34,126 nt of DNA. It comes from a virus (taxonomy: Duplodnaviria; Caudoviricetes). The stretch lies in the IMG/VR virus record IMGVR_UViG_3300025771_000087, positions 1 to 34,126 of that record; one strand, given 5' to 3'. Positions within the stretch are counted from its first letter, which is position 1. Every line of letters begins with the position of its first letter. The position numbers and the translations under genes were made by a program. Of the stretch, positions 9,546-18,967 are shown one piece after another. The notes under the pieces were generated by a model, which was not told the origin of the DNA, did no database searches, and worked only from the letters and a program-made list of their open reading frames with translations.

Positions 9546-11332
9546 CCCTCATCCCTGTAGCTAAGGGTTTCCAGTCGGCAATCGCCAAAGAAATGGGCGG
9601 TGCTGGTAACATAGGTGGCAAGGTCGGCGCTGAGGCTGGTGGCAAGTTCAAGTCCAGTTTTGGTGGTGCGCTCAAGGGCATAGCTGCTGTTGCTGGCACC
9701 GCACTAGCCACCATCGGTGTTGGTCGTTTCTTTGGTGACGCGGTTGAACAGTCCAGCCGGTTAGGTGAATCACTCAACGCTGTCAGTGTTGCTTATGGTG
9801 ACGCAAGCGCCTCAGTCATCAAACTGGGTGAAGATGCAGCCACCAGGCTTGGTGTTTCGACAGCCACGTTCAACGAAGCTGCTGTCCGTTTCAGTGCGTT
9901 CTCCGAACGTGTGGTTGGTGAGGGTGGCGACCAAGCCAAGTTCATCGATGACATCACCACCCGTGCGACCGACTTCGCTTCAGTGTTCAACATCGACGTG
10001 GCTGAAGCTTTGCAGGTGTTCCAGTCCGGTCTGTCAGGTGAGGCTGAACCGCTCAAACGGTTCGGTATCAACCTCCTTGATTCTGAGGTTCAAGCGTTCG
10101 CACTGGCTAACGGTATTGGTGAGGCTGGTCGTCAGCTCACTGAGACTGAGAAAGTCCAAGCCCGTTACGGCCTTTTGTTGGAGTCAACATCCAAAACCGC
10201 TGGTGACTTTGCCAACACGTCTGACGGTTTAGCCAACTCGCAACGTATCCTAGCTGCTAACTTCGAAAACATCAAAGCTCAAGTTGGTGATTCCCTCACA
10301 CCAGCGTTCGCTGAACTGACCACCGCTTTAGTGCCAGTTGCTGAACAACTTGGTGGTGTGTTGGGGGAAGTACTCGAAGAAGTAGCACCCATCATCACCA
10401 ATATCGCTGGCCAGTTGCCCAGCTTTTTGGAAGGGTTGCTACCTCTCATTTATGTCGGTGGCGAGCTGGCCGAAATCTTCTTCAACTTGGTGCAAGCTTT
10501 ACTACCGTTCGTCGGTGAGTTGCTGACTTTGCTGTTACCAGTGGTAACCGATTTAGCAGGCAGATTTGAAGACTTCATGGACATGGCGCTTGAACCGCTC
10601 ATGTTGTTGTTCTACACATTCCTGGACATCCTCACACCGCTCATTGACGCGTTATTCCCGGTGATGATTCGACTGGTCAACGCGCTAATCCCCGTGGTGC
10701 TTGAGCTGTTCTACGCGTTCGAACCACTCATCATGGCGTTGTTGCCCTTAATGATTCGAGCTATCGAGTTCCTCATCCCCATCCTTGAGGTGGTGGCAGG
10801 TATCATCGGTGAGGTGTTGGTGTTCGCCATCAACATGTTCATGGACGCCATCGATGCTGTCACCAGCGTTGTCGACATCTTCAGCGGTTTCTTCGAGAAC
10901 ACATTCGGTGGGTTGGGTGAGTTTTTCTACGCACTCATCAACAGAATGATTAGCGCCTTCGAGGGATTCACCAACTTCATGATTCGAGGCGTCAACTTCA
11001 TTATTGACGCGCTGAACCGCATCAGGGTTGACGCACCAGATTGGGTTGAGAAGCTCACTGGGTTCAGCAGTTTCGGTTTCAACATCAGCCGTCTGAGTGA
11101 GATAAGCCTACCACGTATCGCGCTTGCTGAGGGTGGTCTCGTCACTGGACCAACCAACGCGCTTGTTGGTGAGGCAGGGCCAGAGGTCGTTATCCCACTT
11201 GAACGGTTCGAGTCCATGATGGGGCTGGACAGGCCACAAGGTGCCATCAACTATTACGCTGCACCTAACAAGTCGTTCGATGCTGAACAAGAGCTGTTAC
11301 TGGCGATGAGAAGGGCAAGGTTAGTAGCGTGA
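9518..11332 (+). CDS. Tape measure protein
   Basis: AYVTLIP N-terminus, GEAEPLKRFG, hydrophobic helical repeats, C-terminal LAEGGLV..GEAGPEVVIPL; 604 aa. Confidence 0.92.
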   Translation: MAEQAYAYVTLIPVAKGFQSAIAKEMGGAGNIGGKVGAEAGGKFKSSFGGALKGIAAVAGTALATIGVGRFFGDAVEQSSRLGESLNAVSVAYGDASASVIKLGEDAATRLGVSTATFNEAAVRFSAFSERVVGEGGDQAKFIDDITTRATDFASVFNIDVAEALQVFQSGLSGEAEPLKRFGINLLDSEVQAFALANGIGEAGRQLTETEKVQARYGLLLESTSKTAGDFANTSDGLANSQRILAANFENIKAQVGDSLTPAFAELTTALVPVAEQLGGVLGEVLEEVAPIITNIAGQLPSFLEGLLPLIYVGGELAEIFFNLVQALLPFVGELLTLLLPVVTDLAGRFEDFMDMALEPLMLLFYTFLDILTPLIDALFPVMIRLVNALIPVVLELFYAFEPLIMALLPLMIRAIEFLIPILEVVAGIIGEVLVFAINMFMDAIDAVTSVVDIFSGFFENTFGGLGEFFYALINRMISAFEGFTNFMIRGVNFIIDALNRIRVDAPDWVEKLTGFSSFGFNISRLSEISLPRIALAEGGLVTGPTNALVGEAGPEVVIPLERFESMMGLDRPQGAINYYAAPNKSFDAEQELLLAMRRARLVA

Positions 11333-12180
11333 CCAACTTCAAACTGACCGGGGCGAACGGCGACAGTATCACCTTCGACAAAACCAACTACATCCTCAAC
11401 CCTAACCTCTTAGGTATGGGTATCCCACCGACTGCGGTGCGGATTGATGAAAGTTCACGTGTCGGTGGTGTTCACCGTTACACCAGACGGGCCGTCCGGA
11501 ACGTAGACCTACCCGTGACCGTCATTGGTACCGACTCTGCCGACGTGGAGACGAAACTGCGCCGTTTGGCCAGGTTGACCCAAGACGCTAGTGGCCCTAC
11601 CGTCCTCACCGCTCTACGCGATTCAGGTGACCTCACCCTCAACGTCCACTACACAGGCGGTGCTGAACTTGAATACGGTTCCGACAAAGCCGGTGACGTC
11701 TGGGCTAAACTGTTGCTGTCGTTTCAAGCACCAAGCCCTTACTGGGAGTCAGCCACCACTGAGTCTTTCACAGTCACGAGTGGTAACACGGGCCGTGGCC
11801 TACTCCCACAGTTGACCAAGTTGAAAGTATCTTCATCCCAATCGCTCGGTGTCATCAGTGTGGACAACACAAGTGACGTTGCGGTCTACCCAACCTTCGT
11901 CGTCACCGGCCCGATAACCGACGCAGAGGTCACTCTGAACGGTCAAGGGTGGAAGTTCACCGAAACTGTCGGTGCTGGTGAACAGTTCGTCGTGAACCAC
12001 GAAACCGCCACTGTCGTGAACACCGCTGGTGTCAACCGTTACGACATCCTCGATTCACTGCCGAAGTTCTTCCAAATCGAACCAGGTACTTCAGGATTGT
12101 TGGTGCTCGGTACTGGAACAACCGCTGACACTAGCGTCGAACTGACTTACAACTTAGCCTTCGAGGTGGTTCACGGATGA
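11329..12180 (+). CDS. Distal tail protein (Dit)
   Basis: Follows TMP with GTGA overlap; FQAPSPYW, YPTFVVTGP, FFQIEPG. Confidence 0.8.
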   Translation: MTNFKLTGANGDSITFDKTNYILNPNLLGMGIPPTAVRIDESSRVGGVHRYTRRAVRNVDLPVTVIGTDSADVETKLRRLARLTQDASGPTVLTALRDSGDLTLNVHYTGGAELEYGSDKAGDVWAKLLLSFQAPSPYWESATTESFTVTSGNTGRGLLPQLTKLKVSSSQSLGVISVDNTSDVAVYPTFVVTGPITDAEVTLNGQGWKFTETVGAGEQFVVNHETATVVNTAGVNRYDILDSLPKFFQIEPGTSGLLVLGTGTTADTSVELTYNLAFEVVHG

Positions 12181-13751
12181 GAATAGAGGACTTAGCCGTT
12201 GAAGTCCGAGACTCCGACCTCAAAAAAGTAGGTGCCTTATCAGGTGCTGACTTGGTCGGTGCTGAGTTCATCCTCAAGTTCAACGACGTAGGGTCGTGGT
12301 CGGTGCAACTGCACTCCACATCCGCCATGGTGACGCTGCTACGCACACCAGGGTACGGGTTGGTGGTGAGTGGCCCGAACGGGGTTCTCCTCTCCGGACC
12401 AACCACCTACGCTGAACTGCAACAATCACAAGATGACCCTGACGGTACCTGGATGATTCGTGGTGTTGACGATTCAGTCATCCTCGCTGAACGGTTAGTC
12501 TACCCAGACCCGATTGATGACGACGTCACATCTCAACAGTTCGCATACGACACCAGGAACGACGTCGCCGAAACCGTATTGAAAGAATACGTTGACGCTA
12601 ACTTAGTGAGTGGTCCAGCGTCACGGCAAGTCGCAGGTTTGACCGTTGAAGCTGATTTAGGTCGCGGTTCAACCGTCTACGGTGACGCCAGGTTCCAACA
12701 AATGCAGGGGTTCTTCCACGACTTAGCACAAACCGGCGGTATCGGTTACAAGATTGAACAGGCCGGCACCGGGTTGCAGTTTCAAGTGTACGAACCCGTT
12801 GACCGCAGTGCCCTCATCAGGTTGGACATCGAGAACGGCAGACTTACCACCTCGAATTACAGCTACACCGCACCGACCCTAACTAGGGCTATCGTGGGTG
12901 GTGCTGGTGAAGCTGAAGAACGCCTATTTTACGAAGGCACTTCAGCGACATCTCTCACTGCTGAAACGGAGTGGGGCCGTCGGATTGAGAAATTCGTTGA
13001 CGCTAGGAACGTCCAAGAAAATGCCGAATTCGTCCAGCACGCATCTGAAGCGTTAGTGGACAACGGCAAAACGAAAGTGTCCCTCACAGTCACACCAACC
13101 GACGACGGTTCGATGTTGTTCGGTGAGGAGTGGGGCTTGGGCGACACTTTGACAGTGGTGGCAGGTTCGATTATCACCACTGCGGTCGTTTACACCGTCG
13201 CCTTGTCTGTTCAAGTTGATGGTGTTTACATAGCTGCTGAAGTCGGCAAACCATTGGCTGCTGATTTCGAGCAGAAACTTGCCGAACAAACCGTGCAACA
13301 AACTAAACGCATCAGTGAGATTGAACGGAACACTACCGGGTACGGTGTGGTCACCCCGTTTTCTGGTGTAGAAGGTGGTACAATAGGGGGAACGCAACCG
13401 ACCTTCAGCGGTCCGGTGTTCACCGCAACGTACACCAGGTTTGGGGACATGATTCATTTTTCCTATTCAGTGGATTTTGATAACATCCTCACGTTCGGTA
13501 CCGGTCAATATTACATGACTTTACCGTACAACTCCAGGCGTCCAACCACCTTTGCTGGTGGTTCTCTGTTCGATGATTCGTCAGGGAAGATTTATTCAAT
13601 CTTAGGGCAGGTGGATGCTGGGTCAGACCAGATGAAACTGTATTACATACAATCGAACGGTCAAACGGATTCGTTCGAACACAACAAACCAATCACTCTC
13701 ACTGTGGACGACAGGTTCGACATCACGGGTGTTTACGAGTTAGAATACTAG
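12177..13751 (+). CDS. Tail hub / minor tail protein (Gp37-like) with C-terminal beta-rich extension
   Basis: KFNDVGSWS, WGRRIEKFVDAR, WGLGDTLTV motifs; extra ~130 aa after a short coiled coil. Confidence 0.8.
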   Translation: MRIEDLAVEVRDSDLKKVGALSGADLVGAEFILKFNDVGSWSVQLHSTSAMVTLLRTPGYGLVVSGPNGVLLSGPTTYAELQQSQDDPDGTWMIRGVDDSVILAERLVYPDPIDDDVTSQQFAYDTRNDVAETVLKEYVDANLVSGPASRQVAGLTVEADLGRGSTVYGDARFQQMQGFFHDLAQTGGIGYKIEQAGTGLQFQVYEPVDRSALIRLDIENGRLTTSNYSYTAPTLTRAIVGGAGEAEERLFYEGTSATSLTAETEWGRRIEKFVDARNVQENAEFVQHASEALVDNGKTKVSLTVTPTDDGSMLFGEEWGLGDTLTVVAGSIITTAVVYTVALSVQVDGVYIAAEVGKPLAADFEQKLAEQTVQQTKRISEIERNTTGYGVVTPFSGVEGGTIGGTQPTFSGPVFTATYTRFGDMIHFSYSVDFDNILTFGTGQYYMTLPYNSRRPTTFAGGSLFDDSSGKIYSILGQVDAGSDQMKLYYIQSNGQTDSFEHNKPITLTVDDRFDITGVYELEY

Positions 13752-13761
13752 GAAGGTCGGG

Positions 13762-15090
13762 ATGGCGCAGACAAGTTTCCCGTTTGAGAACATTGACACG
13801 ACTGAGACTCAGTTTAGTCAGATGTTCCGCAACCTGCAGGATGGTGTCAACGGCACTTATGGTGGCACTGAACTGAAGGTGGTCGCTGGCACTGGTTTGG
13901 CAGTTGATGTTCCAGCAGGCCAAGCCATGGTTCGTGGGCATTATTACATCAATGACGCGACGGAGTCTTTGGCGTTGGCGACGGCTGACGCCACTAACGG
14001 CAGACTCGACGTAGTGGTTCTAAGGCTGGACCCTAGCGCTAACACGGTTGTCCTAGCGGTGAAAACTGGAACACCAGCTGGTTCGCCGTCAGCGCCTGCG
14101 CTTGTTCAAACTGACGCAGGTATTTTCGAGTTCCCGTTAGCCAATGTGTTAGTGCCTGCCACTTCTGGTGTGCCGACAACGATTACTGACCGCCGTGTGT
14201 TCATGGGTACTCGCATTGGGTTGTGGTCGGACTCGACCAGGCCCACTACCGAGGTTCCGCACGTCGGTTTCAACACGACTGGTGGAACTTTTGAGGGGTA
14301 TGACCCAGCCACTGAGACTTGGGGTCCGATTGGTGGTGGTGGTGGTGTGACGATTTCGTCCACGGCACCTGGCGACCCGTCCGAGGGTGACTTATGGTGG
14401 GATTCTGACGACGGCAAACTGTACGTCTACTACAACGATGGGACTAGCTCTCAATGGGTGGACGCAGCTGGTCCGTCTGTAGCGGTCCAGTCCACAGCGC
14501 CCACGGGGTATGAGGGCCAGTTGTGGTTGGATGACACTGACGGGTCTATGTATGTGTATTACACTGACCCTGGTGGGGGAAGCTCGTCTTGGATTGGTGC
14601 TGTGTCGCGGTCTGGTGGGATTCTACAAGTTGTGTCAACAACTAAAACAGACACATTTACTGCTAGTGTTGGCGCTCGCCCTACTATCAGTGGCGCTGTA
14701 ACCGGCTTGACCGCAACGATCACTCCACGCTCAACCAGTAGCAAAATCCTTGTAATGGCTGAAGTTTCAGTTTCTACAAGCTCTGCCAATGACGGTGTGT
14801 TTTTACACTTGTATCGTGACGGTTCTTTGACTGGGTGGGCTGGCGACACTGCTGGTAGCAGACAACGCAACTCGCGCCTTTTGGTTGCTTCTAACTCTAC
14901 TCAGATTCTTGCGCCGATTATGTATCTTGATAGCCCCAGTACGACTTCTTCTATTACTTATGATATTCGGTTGTCGCACGATGATTCTGGTACGGCTAGC
15001 GTTTATGTTAACCGTAGTGAGGCTGATACAGACGCAGCAACTCACGGGCGCGGTGTTTCTTCTATTACTTTGATTGAGGTGGCTGGCTAA
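13762..15090 (+). CDS. Minor tail / fibre protein
   Basis: Actinophage baseplate-type N-terminus (GQAMVRG, RLDVVVLRLD, FEFPLA); two STAP..EG.LW.D.DG..YVYY repeats; C-terminal ILQVVSTTKTD domain. Confidence 0.75.
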   Translation: MAQTSFPFENIDTTETQFSQMFRNLQDGVNGTYGGTELKVVAGTGLAVDVPAGQAMVRGHYYINDATESLALATADATNGRLDVVVLRLDPSANTVVLAVKTGTPAGSPSAPALVQTDAGIFEFPLANVLVPATSGVPTTITDRRVFMGTRIGLWSDSTRPTTEVPHVGFNTTGGTFEGYDPATETWGPIGGGGGVTISSTAPGDPSEGDLWWDSDDGKLYVYYNDGTSSQWVDAAGPSVAVQSTAPTGYEGQLWLDDTDGSMYVYYTDPGGGSSSWIGAVSRSGGILQVVSTTKTDTFTASVGARPTISGAVTGLTATITPRSTSSKILVMAEVSVSTSSANDGVFLHLYRDGSLTGWAGDTAGSRQRNSRLLVASNSTQILAPIMYLDSPSTTSSITYDIRLSHDDSGTASVYVNRSEADTDAATHGRGVSSITLIEVAG

Positions 15091-15467
15091 TGGATATTCC
15101 AATGATTCTTTCTAAGCGCTACGAGGGCGCTGAGTGGTCGCTATCAGGTGACTCTTACAGTGGTCTGACCTGGCTATCCGAGGACATCACACAACCGTCC
15201 CTAGCTGACCTTGAGGCTGTATGGGCTGAGGTACAGTTCGAGGTTGCGTATGAGGCTGTGCAGAAACAACGCCAAGCAAAATACCAAACCGAGTCTGACC
15301 CTGTGTTTTTTGATTATCAGCGTGGTGAGGTTACTGAGCAGGATTGGTTGGATGCTGTGGAGGCTGTGAAGGTTGCGTTGCCTTATCCGGTGTTGGAGGA
15401 TTTCCTGCCCGAGCCGGAGCCTGAGATTCTTGCTGAGGTTGTTGAAGCACCTGTAGAGGAGGTGTAG
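15090..15467 (+). CDS. Putative tail fibre-associated / chaperone protein
   Basis: TAATG coupling to fibre gene; acidic; AEWSL..Y..LTW and R...YQ.ESDP pattern. Confidence 0.55.
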   Translation: MDIPMILSKRYEGAEWSLSGDSYSGLTWLSEDITQPSLADLEAVWAEVQFEVAYEAVQKQRQAKYQTESDPVFFDYQRGEVTEQDWLDAVEAVKVALPYPVLEDFLPEPEPEILAEVVEAPVEEV

Positions 15468-15469
15468 TC

Positions 15470-16369
15470 GTGGCGTTAGATTTTCCTGACTCACCAAGCA
15501 ATGGTGAGTTTTATGAGGGTTTTGTTTATAGTTCCGCTACTGGTGCTTGGCGTGTAACAAAGCAACCGGCTTTTATGCCTGTTCAACTTTTGGTTATTGG
15601 CGGTGGTGGCGGAGGCGGAGCCCGTGACGCTAACTCTGGTTCAGATGGCTCTGACTCTTTTTTTGATATTGTTCGAGCCTATGGCGGTGGTGGTGGGGCA
15701 TATGGTGGCTCAACCGGCCACGCTTCTAGAAATGGGCGACGGGGAGCATCTGGCGGAGGCGGCGGTGGTGCCAGTGGCGTAGGCGGTGACCGTTTGGTGG
15801 CGCAGGGTAACACTGGTCGTAACGCAAATGGTGGAACGGGTGCTGGCGGTGGTGGTGGTGGCGCTGGCGCGACTGGCAGTATTGTAGCGGGTAATGGTGG
15901 AACTGGATTATTTTCTTCAATAACTGGCACAAGTATTGAACGAGCCGGTGGTGGTGGCGGTGGCGGCTATTCTGGCGGTGTTGCTGGTACGGCAACGGGA
16001 GGCGGTCAAGATGGTTGGAACGCTTTTTCCTCACCAAGCACTCCGGCAGTAGCAAACACTGGTGGTGGTGGTGGTGGTGCTGCGGGTAACTCGCCATATA
16101 ATGCTCCTGGAGGTGGTGGCGCTGGTGGTTATCTAGAAACAGATTTTGCTTTGGAGTCTGGAAGCTACAATGTAACCGTCGGTGGCGGCGGCGCGGGTGG
16201 CCCCGCTGGTGTTGAGGCAGGTGGTAACGGTGCCTCTGGTGTTGTTATTCTTCGCGTACCTGGAAATACTACGCTGACGGTTGGCGCGGGTTTAACTTAT
16301 GCAACAGCTACGGCTGGCACTGATACTGTTTACACTTTCACGGCTGGAACGGATACGGTGAGTTTCTAA
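15470..16369 (+). CDS. Glycine-rich tail protein 1
   Basis: GAGGAGG RBS; many GGGGG runs, ANTGGGGGG, SGVVILR; N-terminus MALDFP. Confidence 0.7.
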   Translation: MALDFPDSPSNGEFYEGFVYSSATGAWRVTKQPAFMPVQLLVIGGGGGGGARDANSGSDGSDSFFDIVRAYGGGGGAYGGSTGHASRNGRRGASGGGGGGASGVGGDRLVAQGNTGRNANGGTGAGGGGGGAGATGSIVAGNGGTGLFSSITGTSIERAGGGGGGGYSGGVAGTATGGGQDGWNAFSSPSTPAVANTGGGGGGAAGNSPYNAPGGGGAGGYLETDFALESGSYNVTVGGGGAGGPAGVEAGGNGASGVVILRVPGNTTLTVGAGLTYATATAGTDTVYTFTAGTDTVSF

Positions 16370-16617
16370 TGGCACATTACGCTTTCCTGGATGACAACAA
16401 CATTGTGACCGAGGTGATTGTTGGCAACGATGAGACCACGGGCGATTGGGAAACCTATTACGGCAACATTCGCGGACAACGCTGTATCCGCACTTCCTAT
16501 AACGGGAATATTCGTGGCGTGTATGCCGGTATCGGTTACACCTATGACGAGGTAAATGATGTGTTCGTTGCTCCGGTTATCGAGGAGCCTATAGAGGAGC
16601 TAACTAATGGCGCTTGA
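16369..16617 (+). CDS. Small tail-module protein
   Basis: TAATG coupling; MAHYAFLD..VTEVIVG..RTSYN..YAGIGYTYD pattern accompanying glycine-rich tail genes. Confidence 0.65.
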   Translation: MAHYAFLDDNNIVTEVIVGNDETTGDWETYYGNIRGQRCIRTSYNGNIRGVYAGIGYTYDEVNDVFVAPVIEEPIEELTNGA

Positions 16618-17560
16618 TTTTCCTACTAGCCCCACTGACGGGCAGATTTACGACAACTATTACTGGGATAACACGAACTCTAGGTGGCAGTTGTTGGGTA
16701 GTGCCCTAGAGGTTCCAGCGAACTTCAGTAACACTGCTACTGGTACTTACACGGATGGGTACGACTACAAGTATGTGTCGTTCACTTCCGATGGTACTTT
16801 GACGGTTACTCGTGGTGGGTATGCGGATGTTCTGCTTGTTGGCGGAGGCGGTTCCGGTGGTCACGGCTGGGGCGGTGGAGGTGGAGCAGGTGGACACCTA
16901 TACATTGAGAACGCCTATATTCCTGCTGGTTCGCTAGATGTTGTTATAGGTAACGGTGGCGCTGGGCTAAATAACGGTGGCGCTGACATGGGTAATCAGG
17001 GCTTGAATGGCGAGCCTAGCTCTTTATGGAAATACTTTGCTCCTGGGGGTGGCGGTGGTGGCGCTTTCAAAAACCCCTACAGTAGCACATCTGTCTATGG
17101 AACTAAAGGAAAACTTGGAGCTTCCGGCGGTGGCGCAAGTGGTTACTCATCAGGTTCAGCTCAGCCAGGCGGTTCTGGGGTTGCTGGTCTTGGGAACGCT
17201 GGTGGTACGGGTGCTGGCTCCTCTGGGGCAGCCGGTGGAGGCGGTGGCGCTGGGGCAGTGGGAGCTGCCGGAGTTGGTAGTGGCGGTAGTTCGGTTGGCG
17301 GTAACGGTGGTGATGGTGTCGCAAACTCGATTACTGGCTCATCTGTAACTCGTGCTGGTGGTGGTGGTGGTGCTGCTAGTACTACCGCTGGTTCCGGTGG
17401 TGCCGGTGGTGGTGGCGCTGGGGCTATAAACTTTGATGTAGCCACAAGCGGAACGGCTAATACTGGCGGTGGAGGAGGCGGTGCTTGGCACGCTCAAGCA
17501 ACAGTTACTTCCGGCGCTGGTGGCTCCGGTATTGTTATCGTAAGAGTGAGAACAAACTAA
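16607..17560 (+). CDS. Glycine-rich tail protein 2 (paralogue of 15470..16369)
   Basis: GAGGAG RBS; MALDFPTSP N-terminus; LVGGGG, ANTGGGGGG, GSGIVIVR. Confidence 0.7.
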   Translation: MALDFPTSPTDGQIYDNYYWDNTNSRWQLLGSALEVPANFSNTATGTYTDGYDYKYVSFTSDGTLTVTRGGYADVLLVGGGGSGGHGWGGGGGAGGHLYIENAYIPAGSLDVVIGNGGAGLNNGGADMGNQGLNGEPSSLWKYFAPGGGGGGAFKNPYSSTSVYGTKGKLGASGGGASGYSSGSAQPGGSGVAGLGNAGGTGAGSSGAAGGGGGAGAVGAAGVGSGGSSVGGNGGDGVANSITGSSVTRAGGGGGAASTTAGSGGAGGGGAGAINFDVATSGTANTGGGGGGAWHAQATVTSGAGGSGIVIVRVRTN

Positions 17561-18198
17561 TGGTCAAGCTCTGTTATCCCTGGCCACCGGGCGAGTCGAT
17601 TCGGAGCGAGTGGGGGATGCGTAAACACCCCATCACCGGGAAGCCCAAGAAGCACAGAGGCGTCGACGTAGGTTACAACGGTTACATCTACGCACCAGCA
17701 GACGGAACAGTCGTGCACAAAGGTGCCAGCCTCAACAAGCGCACTGGTGGCGGTTACACCCTAATCCTCAAACACGACAACCCCAACATTCACACCGCCT
17801 ATTACCACCTCAGGGAACCATCAGCGCTACCCAAAGGTGCGAAAGTAAAACGCGGTGACATCATCGGCCACACTGGGACCACCGGTGCCAGTACCGGCAT
17901 ACACCTGCACTTCGAAACCAGGCGAGGCCGTGCGTGGGGTTCCGACTTCAACCCACGCGACATCCTCGACAACTGCCACGCCATCTCAGTGGCTGTGACC
18001 AAACCGATGGTGGACACTACCAAATCGAAGCCCAAGAAGCTCAAGGTTGACGGCATACTCGGTGCAAACACTTGGAAAGCCGTACAACGTATGCTCAATG
18101 ACCAAGGTGGGTACCGGTTGACCGTTGACGGTAGACCAGGTAGGTCAACAATCCAAGCGTTACAGCAGTGGCTCAACCATGGAGAATACGATGGCTGA
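17560..18198 (+). CDS. Endolysin, M23 peptidase with C-terminal peptidoglycan-binding domain
   Basis: HRGVD (HxxxD), YYHL, HLHFE (HxH); VDGILG..T.KAVQ and VDG.PG..T..ALQ repeats; start ATG 17560 (TAATG). Confidence 0.9.
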   Translation: MVKLCYPWPPGESIRSEWGMRKHPITGKPKKHRGVDVGYNGYIYAPADGTVVHKGASLNKRTGGGYTLILKHDNPNIHTAYYHLREPSALPKGAKVKRGDIIGHTGTTGASTGIHLHFETRRGRAWGSDFNPRDILDNCHAISVAVTKPMVDTTKSKPKKLKVDGILGANTWKAVQRMLNDQGGYRLTVDGRPGRSTIQALQQWLNHGEYDG

Positions 18199-18454
18199 CA
18201 CCGAAACTTCGATGAGGGTAACTTTGAGAGACGTTTACGCTTTGGTTATGGAGATGCGTTCTCAACTGGAGAAACTGAACCAAAACCTACCTAATACGCA
18301 CCAGAAACTGGAAGAGCATGAACAAGAGACGAACAAAAAGTTCGACGACCTTGAGTTGCGTCTTCGTAAAGTGGAGATGAGGGTGTGGCAAATCATGGCC
18401 ATCGCTGGTTTCGTCAGTGCAGCCATGCCACTCATCGTGAGGGCTTTACCGTGA
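18191..18454 (+). CDS. Lysis-cassette membrane protein (coiled coil plus C-terminal TM)
   Basis: GGAG RBS before ATG 18191; C-terminal hydrophobic VWQIMAIAGFVSAAMPLIV. Confidence 0.65.
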   Translation: MADTETSMRVTLRDVYALVMEMRSQLEKLNQNLPNTHQKLEEHEQETNKKFDDLELRLRKVEMRVWQIMAIAGFVSAAMPLIVRALP

Positions 18455-18681
18455 GCAAACCTTCGTGGCGAATTCGACGACGCGTCATCTGGTCTAGCAT
18501 CATCGGCGGTTTCGCCATGATAGGATTGGGTGCACTGGGATTATTTCAAGATAAAATGACAGGAGAACTGGTAGCTGGCGGTGTCGCCCTAGTCACGTTG
18601 GTGGCGTCAGCTTACATCGGTTTCGGAACTGTTGACGACAAATGGCATCACAAGCCGGAGATGGAGAACCCTGATGGATAA
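18451..18681 (+). CDS. Two-TM membrane protein, possible holin
   Basis: GTGA overlap; WRIRRR then two hydrophobic segments. Confidence 0.6.
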   Translation: MSKPSWRIRRRVIWSSIIGGFAMIGLGALGLFQDKMTGELVAGGVALVTLVASAYIGFGTVDDKWHHKPEMENPDG

Positions 18682-18874
18682 ATGGACTAAATACTGGAGT
18701 TACGCAGGGGAACGTGCGGTGAAAACCGTCGCACAGGTCGCCATCTCCACTATCGGTGTTGGAGCTATCGGCATCCTCGATGTTGACTGGGTGAACGTCG
18801 CATCCGTGTCTGCGCTTGCCGGTGTGATGTCTCTACTGACGTCCGTTCTTCAGTACGACAAAAAAGAGGTTTAG
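18674..18874 (+). CDS. Holin (r1t family)
   Basis: ERAVKTVAQ..VDW..VASVSALAGVMSLLTS signature. Confidence 0.85.
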   Translation: MDKWTKYWSYAGERAVKTVAQVAISTIGVGAIGILDVDWVNVASVSALAGVMSLLTSVLQYDKKEV

Positions 18875-18876
18875 CC

Positions 18877-18954
18877 GTGGATTTCGAAACAGTAGATGGT
18901 GTAGTGTGCCCAATCGACCCTATGGAAGCTCTACAGTGTGAGAGCTGCCAGTAA
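18877..18954 (+). CDS. 25-aa cysteine micro-protein (not in ORF track)
   Basis: AAGAGGT RBS 6 nt before GTG; MDFETVDGVVCPIDPMEALQCESCQ; fills the gap between holin and exonuclease. Confidence 0.6.
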   Translation: MDFETVDGVVCPIDPMEALQCESCQ

Positions 18955-18967
18955 CCGAAAGCCGTAA

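Noticed and set aside
15470-17560. Diversity-generating retroelement or DNA tandem repeats in the glycine-rich genes
   Set aside because: No reverse transcriptase; similarity is at protein level from GGN codon runs, with no template/variable repeat pair
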